Positions 22,384 to 31,135 are shown, counted from the stretch's first letter. The stretch is 64,000 nucleotides of DNA from Crocinitomicaceae bacterium (GCA_046304235.1 JBKCEW010000061.1:1927-65926), one strand, 5' to 3'. Numbers and translations are program-made. Notes: generated from the sequence alone by a model not told the origin.

Positions 22384-22707
22384 ATGATTAAAGTAACAGA
22401 TAACGCTAAAAAACAAGCCATTAGATTAATGGAAGATGAAAACAAGGAAGGATATTTCATCCGTGTTGGAGTTCAAGGAGGTGGATGTTCAGGTTTAATG
22501 TATCAACTTACATTCGACAATGAAATGAAAGAAGATGATAAAGAATTTTTTGATAACGACATTAAAGTGGTGGTTGACAAAAAAAGTTTCTTGTATTTAA
22601 TCGGAACTACACTTGATTTTTCAGGAGGATTAAATGGAAAAGGATTTGTTTTCCAAAATCCAAATGCAGACAGAACGTGTGGTTGTGGAGAAAGTTTCTC
22701 CGTTTAA
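22384..22707 (+). CDS. sufA: Fe-S cluster assembly A-type carrier (HesB/IscA/SufA family)
   Basis: 107 aa, with GGGCSG near the N-terminus and a C-terminal CGCGESF motif. It is the first gene of the suf cluster. Confidence 0.85.
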   Translation: MIKVTDNAKKQAIRLMEDENKEGYFIRVGVQGGGCSGLMYQLTFDNEMKEDDKEFFDNDIKVVVDKKSFLYLIGTTLDFSGGLNGKGFVFQNPNADRTCGCGESFSV

Positions 22708-22718
22708 AAAATTCAACA

Positions 22719-24170
22719 ATGGCATATACAGAAAATGAATTAGCCAAAGATTTACAAAATCAAGAATACAAATTTGGTTTTGTAACCAACATTGAAGCAG
22801 ATCAAGCTCCAAAAGGATTAAATGAAGACATAATTCGCTTTATTTCTGCTAAGAAAAATGAGCCTGAATGGCTATTAGAATATCGATTGAATGCTTTCAA
22901 AACATGGTTACAAATGACTGAACCTGAATGGGCTCATGTACATTACGAAAAACCAAAATTTCAAGATATCATTTATTATTCTGCACCAAAACAAAAGAAA
23001 AAATACGAAAGTTGGGATGATGTTGAACCTGAATTGAAAGAAACCATGAAGAAATTGGGGATTTCAATGGATGAACAACAACGTCTTACTGGTACAAACG
23101 TAGCTGTAGATTTCGTTATGGATAGTGTTTCTGTTGCAACTTCATTCAAGGCTAAATTACAAGAATTAGGAATTATCTTTTGTTCTTTTTCAGATGCAGT
23201 TCAAGAACATCCTGAATTAGTTAAAAAATACATGGGTACAGTAGTACCACATACAGATAATTTCTACGCAGCTTTGAATAGTGCTGTATTCACAGATGGT
23301 TCTTTTTGCTACATACCTAAAGGTGTTAGATGCCCAATGGAATTATCTACTTACTTCCGTATAAACGAAGGTGGTACAGGTCAATTCGAAAGAACCTTAG
23401 TAGTTGCAGATGAAGGAGCTTATGTTTCTTATTTAGAAGGATGTACAGCTCCTCAACGTGATGAAAATCAATTACACGCAGCGGTTGTGGAATTGATTGC
23501 ATTGGATAATGCAGAAATCAAATATTCAACTGTACAAAACTGGTATCCTGGTGATGCTGAAGGAAAAGGAGGTGTTTTCAACTTTGTAACAAAACGTGGT
23601 TTGTGCGAGAAAAATGCTAAAATTTCGTGGACTCAGGTTGAAACTGGTTCTGCTGTAACGTGGAAGTATCCATCTTGTGTGCTTAAAGGAGAAAATTCGG
23701 TAGGAGAATTTTATTCAGTAGCAGTAACTAATAATTACCAACAAGCGGATACTGGAACGAAAATGATTCATTTAGGAAAGAATACTAAAAGTACGATTAT
23801 CTCAAAAGGTATTTCTGCTGGTAAATCGCATAATTCTTACCGTGGTTTGGTGCAAATTCACAAAAACGCAACAAACGCTCGTAACTTTTCACAATGTGAT
23901 TCTTTGTTAATGGGTGATACATGTGGTGCGCATACTTTTCCATATATAGAATGTAAAAACAGCAGTGCGAAAATCGAACACGAAGCGACTACTTCAAAAA
24001 TTGGGGAAGACCAAATATTTTACTGTTTACAACGTGGTATCAGCGAAGAAAAAGCGATTAGCTTGATTGTGAACGGTTACTGTAAAGAAGTACTAAACCA
24101 ATTACCTATGGAATTTGCCGTTGAGGCTCAAAAACTGCTTGCGATTAGTTTGGAAGGATCAGTTGGATAA
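22719..24170 (+). CDS. sufB: Fe-S cluster assembly scaffold protein SufB
   Basis: 483 aa from the ATG at 22719 ([10 protein letters not shown]...). The track start at 22677 overlaps sufA and was rejected. The SufB core is highly conserved ([38 protein letters not shown]). Confidence 0.95.
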   Translation: MAYTENELAKDLQNQEYKFGFVTNIEADQAPKGLNEDIIRFISAKKNEPEWLLEYRLNAFKTWLQMTEPEWAHVHYEKPKFQDIIYYSAPKQKKKYESWDDVEPELKETMKKLGISMDEQQRLTGTNVAVDFVMDSVSVATSFKAKLQELGIIFCSFSDAVQEHPELVKKYMGTVVPHTDNFYAALNSAVFTDGSFCYIPKGVRCPMELSTYFRINEGGTGQFERTLVVADEGAYVSYLEGCTAPQRDENQLHAAVVELIALDNAEIKYSTVQNWYPGDAEGKGGVFNFVTKRGLCEKNAKISWTQVETGSAVTWKYPSCVLKGENSVGEFYSVAVTNNYQQADTGTKMIHLGKNTKSTIISKGISAGKSHNSYRGLVQIHKNATNARNFSQCDSLLMGDTCGAHTFPYIECKNSSAKIEHEATTSKIGEDQIFYCLQRGISEEKAISLIVNGYCKEVLNQLPMEFAVEAQKLLAISLEGSVG

Positions 24171-24174
24171 ATTT

Positions 24175-24333
24175 AGATTGAAAGATTACAGATTGGAAGA
24201 TTGCAGATTACAGATTACAGATTACAGATTACAGATTGCAGATTGGAAGATTGAAGATTGCAGATTACAGATTGGAAGATTGAAGATTGAAGATTGAAGA
24301 TTGAAGATTTGAAGATTGCAGATTACAGATTAG
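24175..24333 (+). repeat. Microsatellite-like array of 22 direct units of 7-8 nt, AGATT[AG][CAG](A)
   Basis: Unit count by hand: AGATTAC x7, AGATTGC x4, AGATTGA x5, AGATTGGA x3, plus AGATTGAA, AGATTTGA and AGATTAG. The array starts 5 nt after the sufB stop and decays into an ATTA-rich sequence up to the next ATG. Confidence 0.95.
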
Positions 24334-24371
24334 AAAATTAAACATTAAGCATTACAAATTAAACATTATAA

Positions 24372-24785
24372 ATGGCTACTATTAAAAACTTTGAAGAGTT
24401 AGATGTTTGGAAACTGGGTATGGAGTTATGCTCTGATATCTACAGTCTCACAAATACTGATTTATTTTCAAAAGATTATAGTTTAAAAGACCAAACTAGA
24501 CGTGCAGCAATTTCTGTTCCATCTAATATTTCCGAAGGTTATGAAAGAGAAGGGATAAATCAATTCATCTACTTTCTAGTAATTGCAAAAGGTTCGTGTG
24601 GAGAATTAAGAACACAATTGAAAATTGCTCTTAATTTAAAATATATTAACGAAAAAGAATATTATAGACTAAATGATAAATGTTTATCAACTAGTAAACA
24701 ACTTGCTGGATTTATTAAATATTTGAGAAATTATAAACAAAATGATAAAAATTACGATTCGCAAATTCAAACTATCAATTTGTAA
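24372..24785 (+). CDS. Four-helix-bundle protein of the 23S rRNA-intervening-sequence protein family (Avd-like superfamily)
   Basis: 137 aa. The signature is L.VW.....L....Y.....F...E.Y.L..Q.RRAA.S...NI.EG..R........F...A.GS..E..T.L. Confidence 0.85.
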   Translation: MATIKNFEELDVWKLGMELCSDIYSLTNTDLFSKDYSLKDQTRRAAISVPSNISEGYEREGINQFIYFLVIAKGSCGELRTQLKIALNLKYINEKEYYRLNDKCLSTSKQLAGFIKYLRNYKQNDKNYDSQIQTINL

Positions 24786-24802
24786 TCTGCAATTTGTAAT
24801 TT
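24761..24802 (-). repeat. Six heptamer units that are the reverse complement of the AGATTRC family (GCAAATT CAAACTA TCAATTT GTAATCT GCAATTT GTAATTT)
   Basis: These units overlap the last 7 sense codons and the stop codon (24783-24785) of the four-helix-bundle gene. GTAATCTGCAAT at 24782-24793 is the exact complement of ATTGCAGATTAC in the left array (e.g. 24200-24211). Confidence 0.8.
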
Positions 24803-24818
24803 GATAATTATAAGGAAA

Positions 24819-25571
24819 ATGATTAAAATAGATAACTTACACGCTTCCATTAATGGGAAGGAAATATTGAAAGGCTTAAACTTAGAAGTGAAAGCTGGAG
24901 AAGTTCACGCGATTATGGGTCCAAATGGTGCGGGTAAAAGCACCTTGGCTTCTGTATTAGCTGGTCGTGAAGAATATGAAATCACAGAAGGTGAAGTGAC
25001 TTTTGATGGAAAGGATTTATTAGAACTTTCTACGGAAGACAGAGCACGTGAAGGATTGTTCTTGGCGTTTCAATATCCGGTGGAAATTCCTGGAGTTTCT
25101 AATGTAAATTTCTTGCGTACTGCATTAAACGAAAAACGTGAGTATTTAGGTCAAGATCCTATTTCAGCGAAAGACTTTATGCAAATGGTGCGTGATAAAT
25201 CAAAGATAGTTGAATTGGATTCTAAATTGGCTAATAGATCTGTGAACGAAGGTTTCTCTGGCGGTGAGAAAAAACGTAACGAGATTTTCCAAATGGCGAT
25301 GTTAGAACCGAAATTAGCAATTCTAGACGAGACTGATTCTGGGTTAGATATTGATGCTTTACGTATTGTAGCAACTGGTGTAACTAAATTGAAATCAGAA
25401 GAAAATGCAACTATAGTAATCACTCACTACCAACGCTTATTAGACTACATCGTACCGGATTACGTACACGTTCTTTACAACGGAAAAATTGTAAAAACGG
25501 GACCAAAAGAATTAGCATTGGAGTTAGAAGAAAAAGGATACGATTGGATTAAGGCAGAGTTTGGGGAGTAG
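24819..25571 (+). CDS. sufC: Fe-S cluster assembly ATPase SufC
   Basis: 250 aa from the ATG at 24819 (MIKIDNLHA...). It has Walker A GPNGAGKST, the ABC signature FSGGEKKR and Walker B LAILDETDSGLD. Confidence 0.95.
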   Translation: MIKIDNLHASINGKEILKGLNLEVKAGEVHAIMGPNGAGKSTLASVLAGREEYEITEGEVTFDGKDLLELSTEDRAREGLFLAFQYPVEIPGVSNVNFLRTALNEKREYLGQDPISAKDFMQMVRDKSKIVELDSKLANRSVNEGFSGGEKKRNEIFQMAMLEPKLAILDETDSGLDIDALRIVATGVTKLKSEENATIVITHYQRLLDYIVPDYVHVLYNGKIVKTGPKELALELEEKGYDWIKAEFGE

Positions 25572-25572
25572 G

Positions 25573-25641
25573 CTTCGACAAGCTCAGCCTGACAGACTTC
25601 GACAAGCTCAGTCTGACTAAATCGACAGGCTCAGTCTGACA
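25573..25641 (+). repeat. Three tandem copies (24-nt period) of a 21-22-nt REP-like element, CTTCGACAAGCTCAGYCTGACA
   Basis: Copies lie at 25573-25594, 25597-25617 and 25621-25641 (the third is diverged: ATCGACAGGCTCAGTCTGACA). The array starts 2 nt after the sufC stop and ends 38 nt before the sufD ATG. Confidence 0.9.
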
Positions 25642-25679
25642 TTAATTAAAATAAAACAGGGTAACCAAATTAGGTTAAA

Positions 25680-26942
25680 ATGGAAGAAACTAAAAAATTT
25701 CACGAGCGCATAGCAACAAAGGGGTATACTTTGGTATTACCTCAAGAACTTCGTGAAAAATCATTAGAAATATTAAACGAAACTGCTTTCCCAACGACGA
25801 AAACGGAAGCGTGGAAATATACACGTACAACTCGTATTAGTAATGGAACTTTTCAATTAGCAAATCCAACTATACAATCTGTTACTCCTTATTTGATTGA
25901 AGGATTAAACGGAAACATATTAGTATTTGTAAATGGATTTTACCAAGCAAATCTTTCAACAATCATAGATACTAAAGGACTTCACGTTTCGTCACTTGCA
26001 TGTACTCCACACGATTGGGTGAAAGCAAATACGAAAGTAAGTTTGGAAGGAGAAGTATTTAATGCTTTGAATACCGCATTTACTACTGATGGAGTATGTA
26101 TTGAAATTGCTAAAAATGCGATTATCGAGGAACCAATACAGTTAATTTATATTACAACTGGTTCGGCTGTTTTATCATCGGTTCGCAATATTTTAATTGC
26201 AAACGACAATTCAGAGGCGACTGTTACGATGAATTACGTGGGTGAAAATGCAGAGGCAAACTTTACGAATGTAATTACAGAAGTAACTGTAAAAACAAAC
26301 GCTTCGTTGTCTATTCATAAAGTTCAACACGAAAACAATACCAATTTCCATATTAACACGGAAACAGTATCACAAGGAAGAGATTCTCGTTTTACTTTAT
26401 CTACTTCTACCTTTTCGGGAGCAATCGTACGTAATAATGTATATGTTCACGTGGATGGTGAAAATGCTGAAACAAACTTATATGGTTTGTATTTGACAGA
26501 CGACAAACAGTTAGTAGATAACCATACCGTGATTGACCACAAAGTACCAAACTGTAATTCAAACGAATTATACAAAGGGGTGTTGGATGGACAATCAACC
26601 GGTGTTTTTAACGGAAAAGTATATGTTCGTGAACAAGCTCAAAAAATCAATGCTTTTCAATCAAATGGGAATGTATTACTGAGTGATAACGCTTCGATGA
26701 ACTCAAAACCAGAATTGGAAATCTATGCGGATGATGTTAAATGTTCTCACGGATCTACAACAGGTCAAATTGACGAAGAAGCAATATTCTATTTACGTGC
26801 GAGAGGAATTTCTGAAAAATCAGCAAAAAGTTTAATGATAAACGGATTTGTTGGTGAAGTAGTTGACCAAATTTCAAACGAAATTGTTCGTGAACAGATT
26901 ACAAAATTGATGGCGCAGAAGTTAGGATATTCTTTTGAATAA
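25680..26942 (+). CDS. sufD: Fe-S cluster assembly protein SufD
   Basis: 420 aa. The SufBD beta-helix C-terminal region (ELEIYADDVKCSHGSTTGQIDEEAIFYLRARGI) and its operon position support the call. Confidence 0.9.
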   Translation: MEETKKFHERIATKGYTLVLPQELREKSLEILNETAFPTTKTEAWKYTRTTRISNGTFQLANPTIQSVTPYLIEGLNGNILVFVNGFYQANLSTIIDTKGLHVSSLACTPHDWVKANTKVSLEGEVFNALNTAFTTDGVCIEIAKNAIIEEPIQLIYITTGSAVLSSVRNILIANDNSEATVTMNYVGENAEANFTNVITEVTVKTNASLSIHKVQHENNTNFHINTETVSQGRDSRFTLSTSTFSGAIVRNNVYVHVDGENAETNLYGLYLTDDKQLVDNHTVIDHKVPNCNSNELYKGVLDGQSTGVFNGKVYVREQAQKINAFQSNGNVLLSDNASMNSKPELEIYADDVKCSHGSTTGQIDEEAIFYLRARGISEKSAKSLMINGFVGEVVDQISNEIVREQITKLMAQKLGYSFE

Positions 26943-26976
26943 ACTACTTTTGACAATATAGATTCTTCAGTAAACT

Positions 26977-27714
26977 ATGGAAGAACGTTTAGATAAAATA
27001 CTTATTCAGCGCGGTTTGATTACTACTCGAGTTCGAGCAGAAAAAATGATTCTCGAAACAGGAGTAAAAGTGGGGGGTAAACTCATTAATAAACCTGGAA
27101 AAAAATTTCCGTTGGATGTAGAAATTGAAATGCTAGCAGAAGAAATACCTTGGGTTTCTCGCGGCGCTTTCAAACTTATTCACGGATTAGATTTTTGGAA
27201 TCTTTCTGTTGCTGGACTAACCGCAATGGATTTAGGTGCTTCCACTGGTGGATTTACAGAAGTATTGCTTTCCAGAGATATCGAAAAAGTATATTGTGTT
27301 GACGTAGGTACAAATCAATTGCATCAAACGATAAAGTCCAACGATAAAGTCATTGATATTAGTAAGACTCATATCCGTGAATTGACGAAACACCAAGTTT
27401 CAGAGTTAGTTGATTTAGTGGTGATTGACGTATCTTTTATTTCGTTGGAAAAAGTGTTGCCTTTTGTGCATCCGTTTTTAAAAGACGAAGGACAAATCAT
27501 CACCTTGGTAAAACCACAATTTGAAGTCGGTAAAGAAAACATTTCGAAGGGAGGAATTGTTAAAAACACACTACTCTACCCTACGGTAATTGAAAATATC
27601 AAAAAAGTAAGTGAGCGTTGTAATTTGGAATACCGAGGACATATAGACTCACCAATTCTTGGAGGTGATGGAAACAAAGAATTTTTAATGTGGCTTACTA
27701 AAAAGCCTATATAA
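26977..27714 (+). CDS. tlyA: TlyA-family rRNA (cytidine-2'-O)-methyltransferase (S4 domain + FtsJ-like MTase)
   Basis: N-terminal S4-like RLDKILIQRGL..TR..A...I, the WVSRGAFKL motif, and SAM-binding DLGASTGGFTEVLL. Confidence 0.85.
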   Translation: MEERLDKILIQRGLITTRVRAEKMILETGVKVGGKLINKPGKKFPLDVEIEMLAEEIPWVSRGAFKLIHGLDFWNLSVAGLTAMDLGASTGGFTEVLLSRDIEKVYCVDVGTNQLHQTIKSNDKVIDISKTHIRELTKHQVSELVDLVVIDVSFISLEKVLPFVHPFLKDEGQIITLVKPQFEVGKENISKGGIVKNTLLYPTVIENIKKVSERCNLEYRGHIDSPILGGDGNKEFLMWLTKKPI

Positions 27715-27722
27715 TAATTGGT

Positions 27723-28958
27723 ATGGAAACGACCGGTAAAAGAAAGTTTAATTTACGTGAAATCAGAGAAGACTTTCCTGCTTTACGTCAAACAGTATAT
27801 GGTAAAAATTTGATTTATTTCGATAATGGTGCGACTTCTCAAAAACCGCAATTTGTCATCGATGCAATTAACCGATACTATACCAAAGACAATGCGAATA
27901 TTCACCGTGGAGTTCATCATTTAAGTCAAAAAGCAACCAACGAATACGAGGCTTCTCGTAAAACAATTGCCACATATTTGAATGCAAAACATACACACGA
28001 AATAATTTTCACTAAAGGAACAACAGAAGGAATAAATTTGGTTGCATATTCTTTCGGGCTATTATTACAAAAAGGAGATGAGGTAATTATATCTGCAATG
28101 GAACACCATTCAAACATAGTTCCTTGGCAAATGCTCTGTGAGCGTGTAGGATGTGTATTGAAAGTGATTCCGATTAATAAAAAAGGAGAAATCATTTATG
28201 ATGAATACCTACAATTATTAACAGAAAAGACCAAACTCGTTGCTGTTACGCATATTTCCAATTCCTTGGGAACAATCAATCCTATCAAAAAAATAATAGA
28301 TGATGCTCATAAAGTAGGAGCGAAAGTATTGATTGATGGTGCGCAAAGTATTCAACATACAAAAATTGATGTTCAAGCATTAGATTGTGATTTTTATGTG
28401 TTTTCTGGTCATAAAGTATTCGGTCCAACTGGTATTGGCGTACTTTATGGTAAAGAAGCAATCTTAAATAAAATGCCTCCTTATCAAGGTGGTGGAGATA
28501 TGATTTTAAAGGTGACGTTTGAAAAAACAACCTACAACGAATTACCATTCAAGTTTGAAGCAGGAACGCCTCACATTGCCGGAGCCATTTGTTTAGGTAA
28601 AGCGATTGAATACCTAAATCAATTTAACATTGAAGATTTAGAAAGACACGAATTGGAATTGGCTGATTATGCTACTGATTTGTTGTTAACGTTTGAAGGA
28701 CTTCACATTATCGGTGAATCAAAGAAAAAAACAAGCGTGGTTTCTTTTGTTGTCGACGGTGCTCACCCGTTTGATATAGGTACACTATTAGACAAACAAG
28801 GAGTAGCAGTTCGCACAGGACACCATTGTACCCAACCGATTATGGACTTTTACAAAATACCTGGAACTGTAAGAGCATCTTTTGCCTTTTACAATACCAA
28901 GGAAGAAATAGATTATTTTATAGCTGCGCTTGATAAAGCAATAACGATGTTAAGATAA
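27723..28958 (+). CDS. sufS: Cysteine desulfurase SufS (class V aminotransferase, group II)
   Basis: 411 aa, with NANIHRGVH, the FSGHK PLP-lysine motif, and RTGHHC containing the active-site Cys. Confidence 0.95.
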   Translation: METTGKRKFNLREIREDFPALRQTVYGKNLIYFDNGATSQKPQFVIDAINRYYTKDNANIHRGVHHLSQKATNEYEASRKTIATYLNAKHTHEIIFTKGTTEGINLVAYSFGLLLQKGDEVIISAMEHHSNIVPWQMLCERVGCVLKVIPINKKGEIIYDEYLQLLTEKTKLVAVTHISNSLGTINPIKKIIDDAHKVGAKVLIDGAQSIQHTKIDVQALDCDFYVFSGHKVFGPTGIGVLYGKEAILNKMPPYQGGGDMILKVTFEKTTYNELPFKFEAGTPHIAGAICLGKAIEYLNQFNIEDLERHELELADYATDLLLTFEGLHIIGESKKKTSVVSFVVDGAHPFDIGTLLDKQGVAVRTGHHCTQPIMDFYKIPGTVRASFAFYNTKEEIDYFIAALDKAITMLR

Positions 28959-28962
28959 GGAT

Positions 28963-29385
28963 ATGACCTTAAACGAAAAACAAGTGGAATTAATTGATGA
29001 GTTTTCTGTCTTCGATGATTGGATGGATAAGTATCAATACATCATTGATTTAGGAAATGACCTTGCTCCTTTCGATGAAACAAAAAGAACGAAAGACAGA
29101 ATCATTGAAGGATGTCAATCGCAAGTTTGGTTAGACGCCTCGTATGATGGAAACGTGATGCATTTTGAAGCAGATTCAGATGCAATTATCACGAAAGGAA
29201 TTATTGCGATGTTAATTCGAGTGCTGGATAATGAAAAACCGGAAGAAATTGCAAAATGTGATTTCCATTTCATCAATGAGATAGGTTTGTATGAGCACTT
29301 ATCCCCTACTCGTTCGAATGGTTTAGCAAGTATGGTCAAAAAAATGAAAATGGCAGCTTTGATGGCTGTTGGTCAAAACGGATAA
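28963..29385 (+). CDS. sufE: Sulfur acceptor protein SufE
   Basis: 140 aa with the GCQSQVWL active-site motif. It lies directly after sufS. Confidence 0.9.
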   Translation: MTLNEKQVELIDEFSVFDDWMDKYQYIIDLGNDLAPFDETKRTKDRIIEGCQSQVWLDASYDGNVMHFEADSDAIITKGIIAMLIRVLDNEKPEEIAKCDFHFINEIGLYEHLSPTRSNGLASMVKKMKMAALMAVGQNG

Positions 29386-29387
29386 TT

Positions 29388-29693
29388 ATGGTAGAGTTAG
29401 AAAATAATATTGTTTCGATGTTAAAGACAATCTATGACCCGGAAATTCCAGTGGATATTTACGAGTTAGGATTGATTTATGAGGTGAAAATTTCCAAAGA
29501 AAACGACGTTGTAATAGATATGACATTGACTTCTCCAAATTGTCCCGTAGCAGAAACGTTACCAAAAGAAGTAGAAGACAAAGTAAAATCGGTAGAAGGT
29601 GTTGCCTCATGTATCGTGAATATTGTCTTTGACCCTTCGTGGGATAAGGATATGATGTCTGAAGAAGCAAAACTAGAATTAGGCTTTTTGTAA
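29388..29693 (+). CDS. sufT: DUF59/MIP18-family Fe-S assembly protein (SufT-like)
   Basis: 101 aa, with IYDPEIPV.IYELGLIY and the LTSPNCPVAE motif typical of DUF59. Confidence 0.8.
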   Translation: MVELENNIVSMLKTIYDPEIPVDIYELGLIYEVKISKENDVVIDMTLTSPNCPVAETLPKEVEDKVKSVEGVASCIVNIVFDPSWDKDMMSEEAKLELGFL

Positions 29694-29836
29694 CTTCGAC
29701 AAGCTCAGTCTGACAAAAAGACTTTATAAATTTAATTTGTCAGATTGAGCATGTCGAAATCAGACAAATTAAATTTATATTTTGTATATTTAAGAAAGAC
29801 ACTTTGCTCATTTTTGTCACGCTGAGCTTGTCGAAG
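29694..29836. repeat. Cluster of three REP-like elements, one direct (29694-29715) and two inverted (29738-29758, 29815-29836)
   Basis: CTTCGACAAGCTCAGTCTGACA / TGTCAGATTGAGCATGTCGAA / TGTCACGCTGAGCTTGTCGAAG. The first two are complementary at 19 of 21 positions. Confidence 0.9.
29725..29779 (+). terminator. Long AT-rich hairpin (17-bp perfect stem) followed by a T-rich tract; possible terminator of the suf operon
   Basis: tataaatttaatttgtc (29725-29741) is the exact complement of gacaaattaaatttata (29763-29779), followed by tttttgtatattt. The stem is entirely A/T-rich, so stability is uncertain. Confidence 0.4.
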
Positions 29837-29870
29837 TGGACATAAAAAAGCAAAGTAAAAACAAAGTGTT

Positions 29871-31115
29871 ATGAGAAGAGTTGTAATCACTGGAATGGGG
29901 GCGTTAACGCCGATTGGGAATTCTGTAGAAGCATATTGGGAAAATCTTAAAAATGGGGTAAGTGGTGCAGGTCCGATTACCAAATTTGACACCGAAAAGT
30001 TTAAAACGACTTTTGCGTGTGAATTAAAGGGATATGACCCAAAAGCACATTTTGATGTTAAAGAAATCAGAAAATACGACCCATTTACACAATATGCCTT
30101 GGTTGCTGTGGATGAAGCAGTAAAACAAGCACAACTTAATTTTGAGAAATTAAATGTAAACCGTATTGGTGTGATTTGGGGATCTGGAAATGGAGGGATC
30201 CAAACATTTCAAGATCAAATGATGGAATTTTGTCAAGGTGACGGAACACCAAGATTTACACCATTCTTTATACCTCGTATTTTAGTTGATATTGCCTCTG
30301 GAATCATTTCCATTAAATACGGATTAAGAGGCGTAAATTATTGTCCAGTATCTGCTTGTGCCACTTCAAACACTGCATTGATTGATGCTTTCAACTACAT
30401 TCGTTGGAACAAAGCAGATATCATTATTTCGGGTGGTTCAGAAGCGGCGATTAATCAAGCGGCGATTGGTGGATTCTCTGCTGCACAGGCTTTATCAAAA
30501 CGCAACGATGACCCAACAACAGCTTCAAGACCTTTTGATGTCAATCGTGACGGTTTTGTAATGGGTGAAGGTTCAGGCGCATTGATTTTAGAAGAATATG
30601 ATCACGCTGTTAAACGTGGCGCAACAATACTTGGCGAAATTGTAGGAGGTGGAATGGCTGCTGATGCTTACCACTTAACAGGAACGCACCCAGAAGGAGA
30701 AGGTGCAGTACTAGGTATGGAATTAGCTATCGAAGAAGCAGGAATTACCGCTTCTGACGTTGATTATATCAATATGCACGCTACTTCTACTCCGCAAGGA
30801 GATGTGAGTGAATTAATTGCTGCAAAACGTGTTTTTGGAGAAAATCAAAAATTAAGTGTTTCTGGAACGAAATCGATGACTGGACATTTATTGGGTGCTG
30901 CAGGTGCTATTGAGGCCATTGCCTGTGTGAAAGCATTGCAAGACCAAATTGTACCACCAACCATCAATACAGAAACAATTGAACCAGAATATGCTTCAAT
31001 GTTCCATTTCCCTTTACACAAAGGAAAGGCTAAAACGATGACGTATGCGATGAGTAATACCTTTGGTTTTGGTGGACATATTGCTTCGGTCATTTTTAAA
31101 AAATTTGAAAAATAA
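29871..31115 (+). CDS. fabF: Beta-ketoacyl-ACP synthase II
   Basis: 414 aa, with the active-site ACATS, HATSTP and GHLLGAAG motifs. Confidence 0.95.
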   Translation: MRRVVITGMGALTPIGNSVEAYWENLKNGVSGAGPITKFDTEKFKTTFACELKGYDPKAHFDVKEIRKYDPFTQYALVAVDEAVKQAQLNFEKLNVNRIGVIWGSGNGGIQTFQDQMMEFCQGDGTPRFTPFFIPRILVDIASGIISIKYGLRGVNYCPVSACATSNTALIDAFNYIRWNKADIIISGGSEAAINQAAIGGFSAAQALSKRNDDPTTASRPFDVNRDGFVMGEGSGALILEEYDHAVKRGATILGEIVGGGMAADAYHLTGTHPEGEGAVLGMELAIEEAGITASDVDYINMHATSTPQGDVSELIAAKRVFGENQKLSVSGTKSMTGHLLGAAGAIEAIACVKALQDQIVPPTINTETIEPEYASMFHFPLHKGKAKTMTYAMSNTFGFGGHIASVIFKKFEK

Positions 31116-31135
31116 TTCAATACAAAATGATATTC

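Noticed and set aside
22677-22718. Longer SufB start from the ORF track ([14 protein letters not shown]…)
   Set aside because: It uses a non-ATG start inside sufA. The conserved SufB N-terminus begins at the ATG at 22719.
24115-24297. 60-aa ORF (…DYRLEDCRLQITDYRLQIADWKIEDCRLQ…) overlapping the sufB 3' end
   Set aside because: It is simply the translation of the AGATTRC microsatellite. The periodic peptide has no start context and overlaps the end of sufB.
24372-24785. Possible diversity-generating retroelement, because the four-helix-bundle protein is Avd-like and a hyper-repetitive surface protein is nearby
   Set aside because: The window has no reverse transcriptase gene and no template/variable repeat pair with adenine-specific differences. 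The giant gene's repeat variation is not A-biased by eye.
25573-25641. Possible CRISPR array (regular short repeats), also considered for 24175-24333
   Set aside because: The repeats are contiguous, with no spacers, at periods of 24 nt and 7-8 nt. There are no cas genes in the window.
29732-29992. 86-aa minus-strand ORF, and the 94-aa ORF at 29386-29670
   Set aside because: The first runs antisense through the REP cluster and the fabF start. The second is antisense to sufT. Neither has recognisable protein features.
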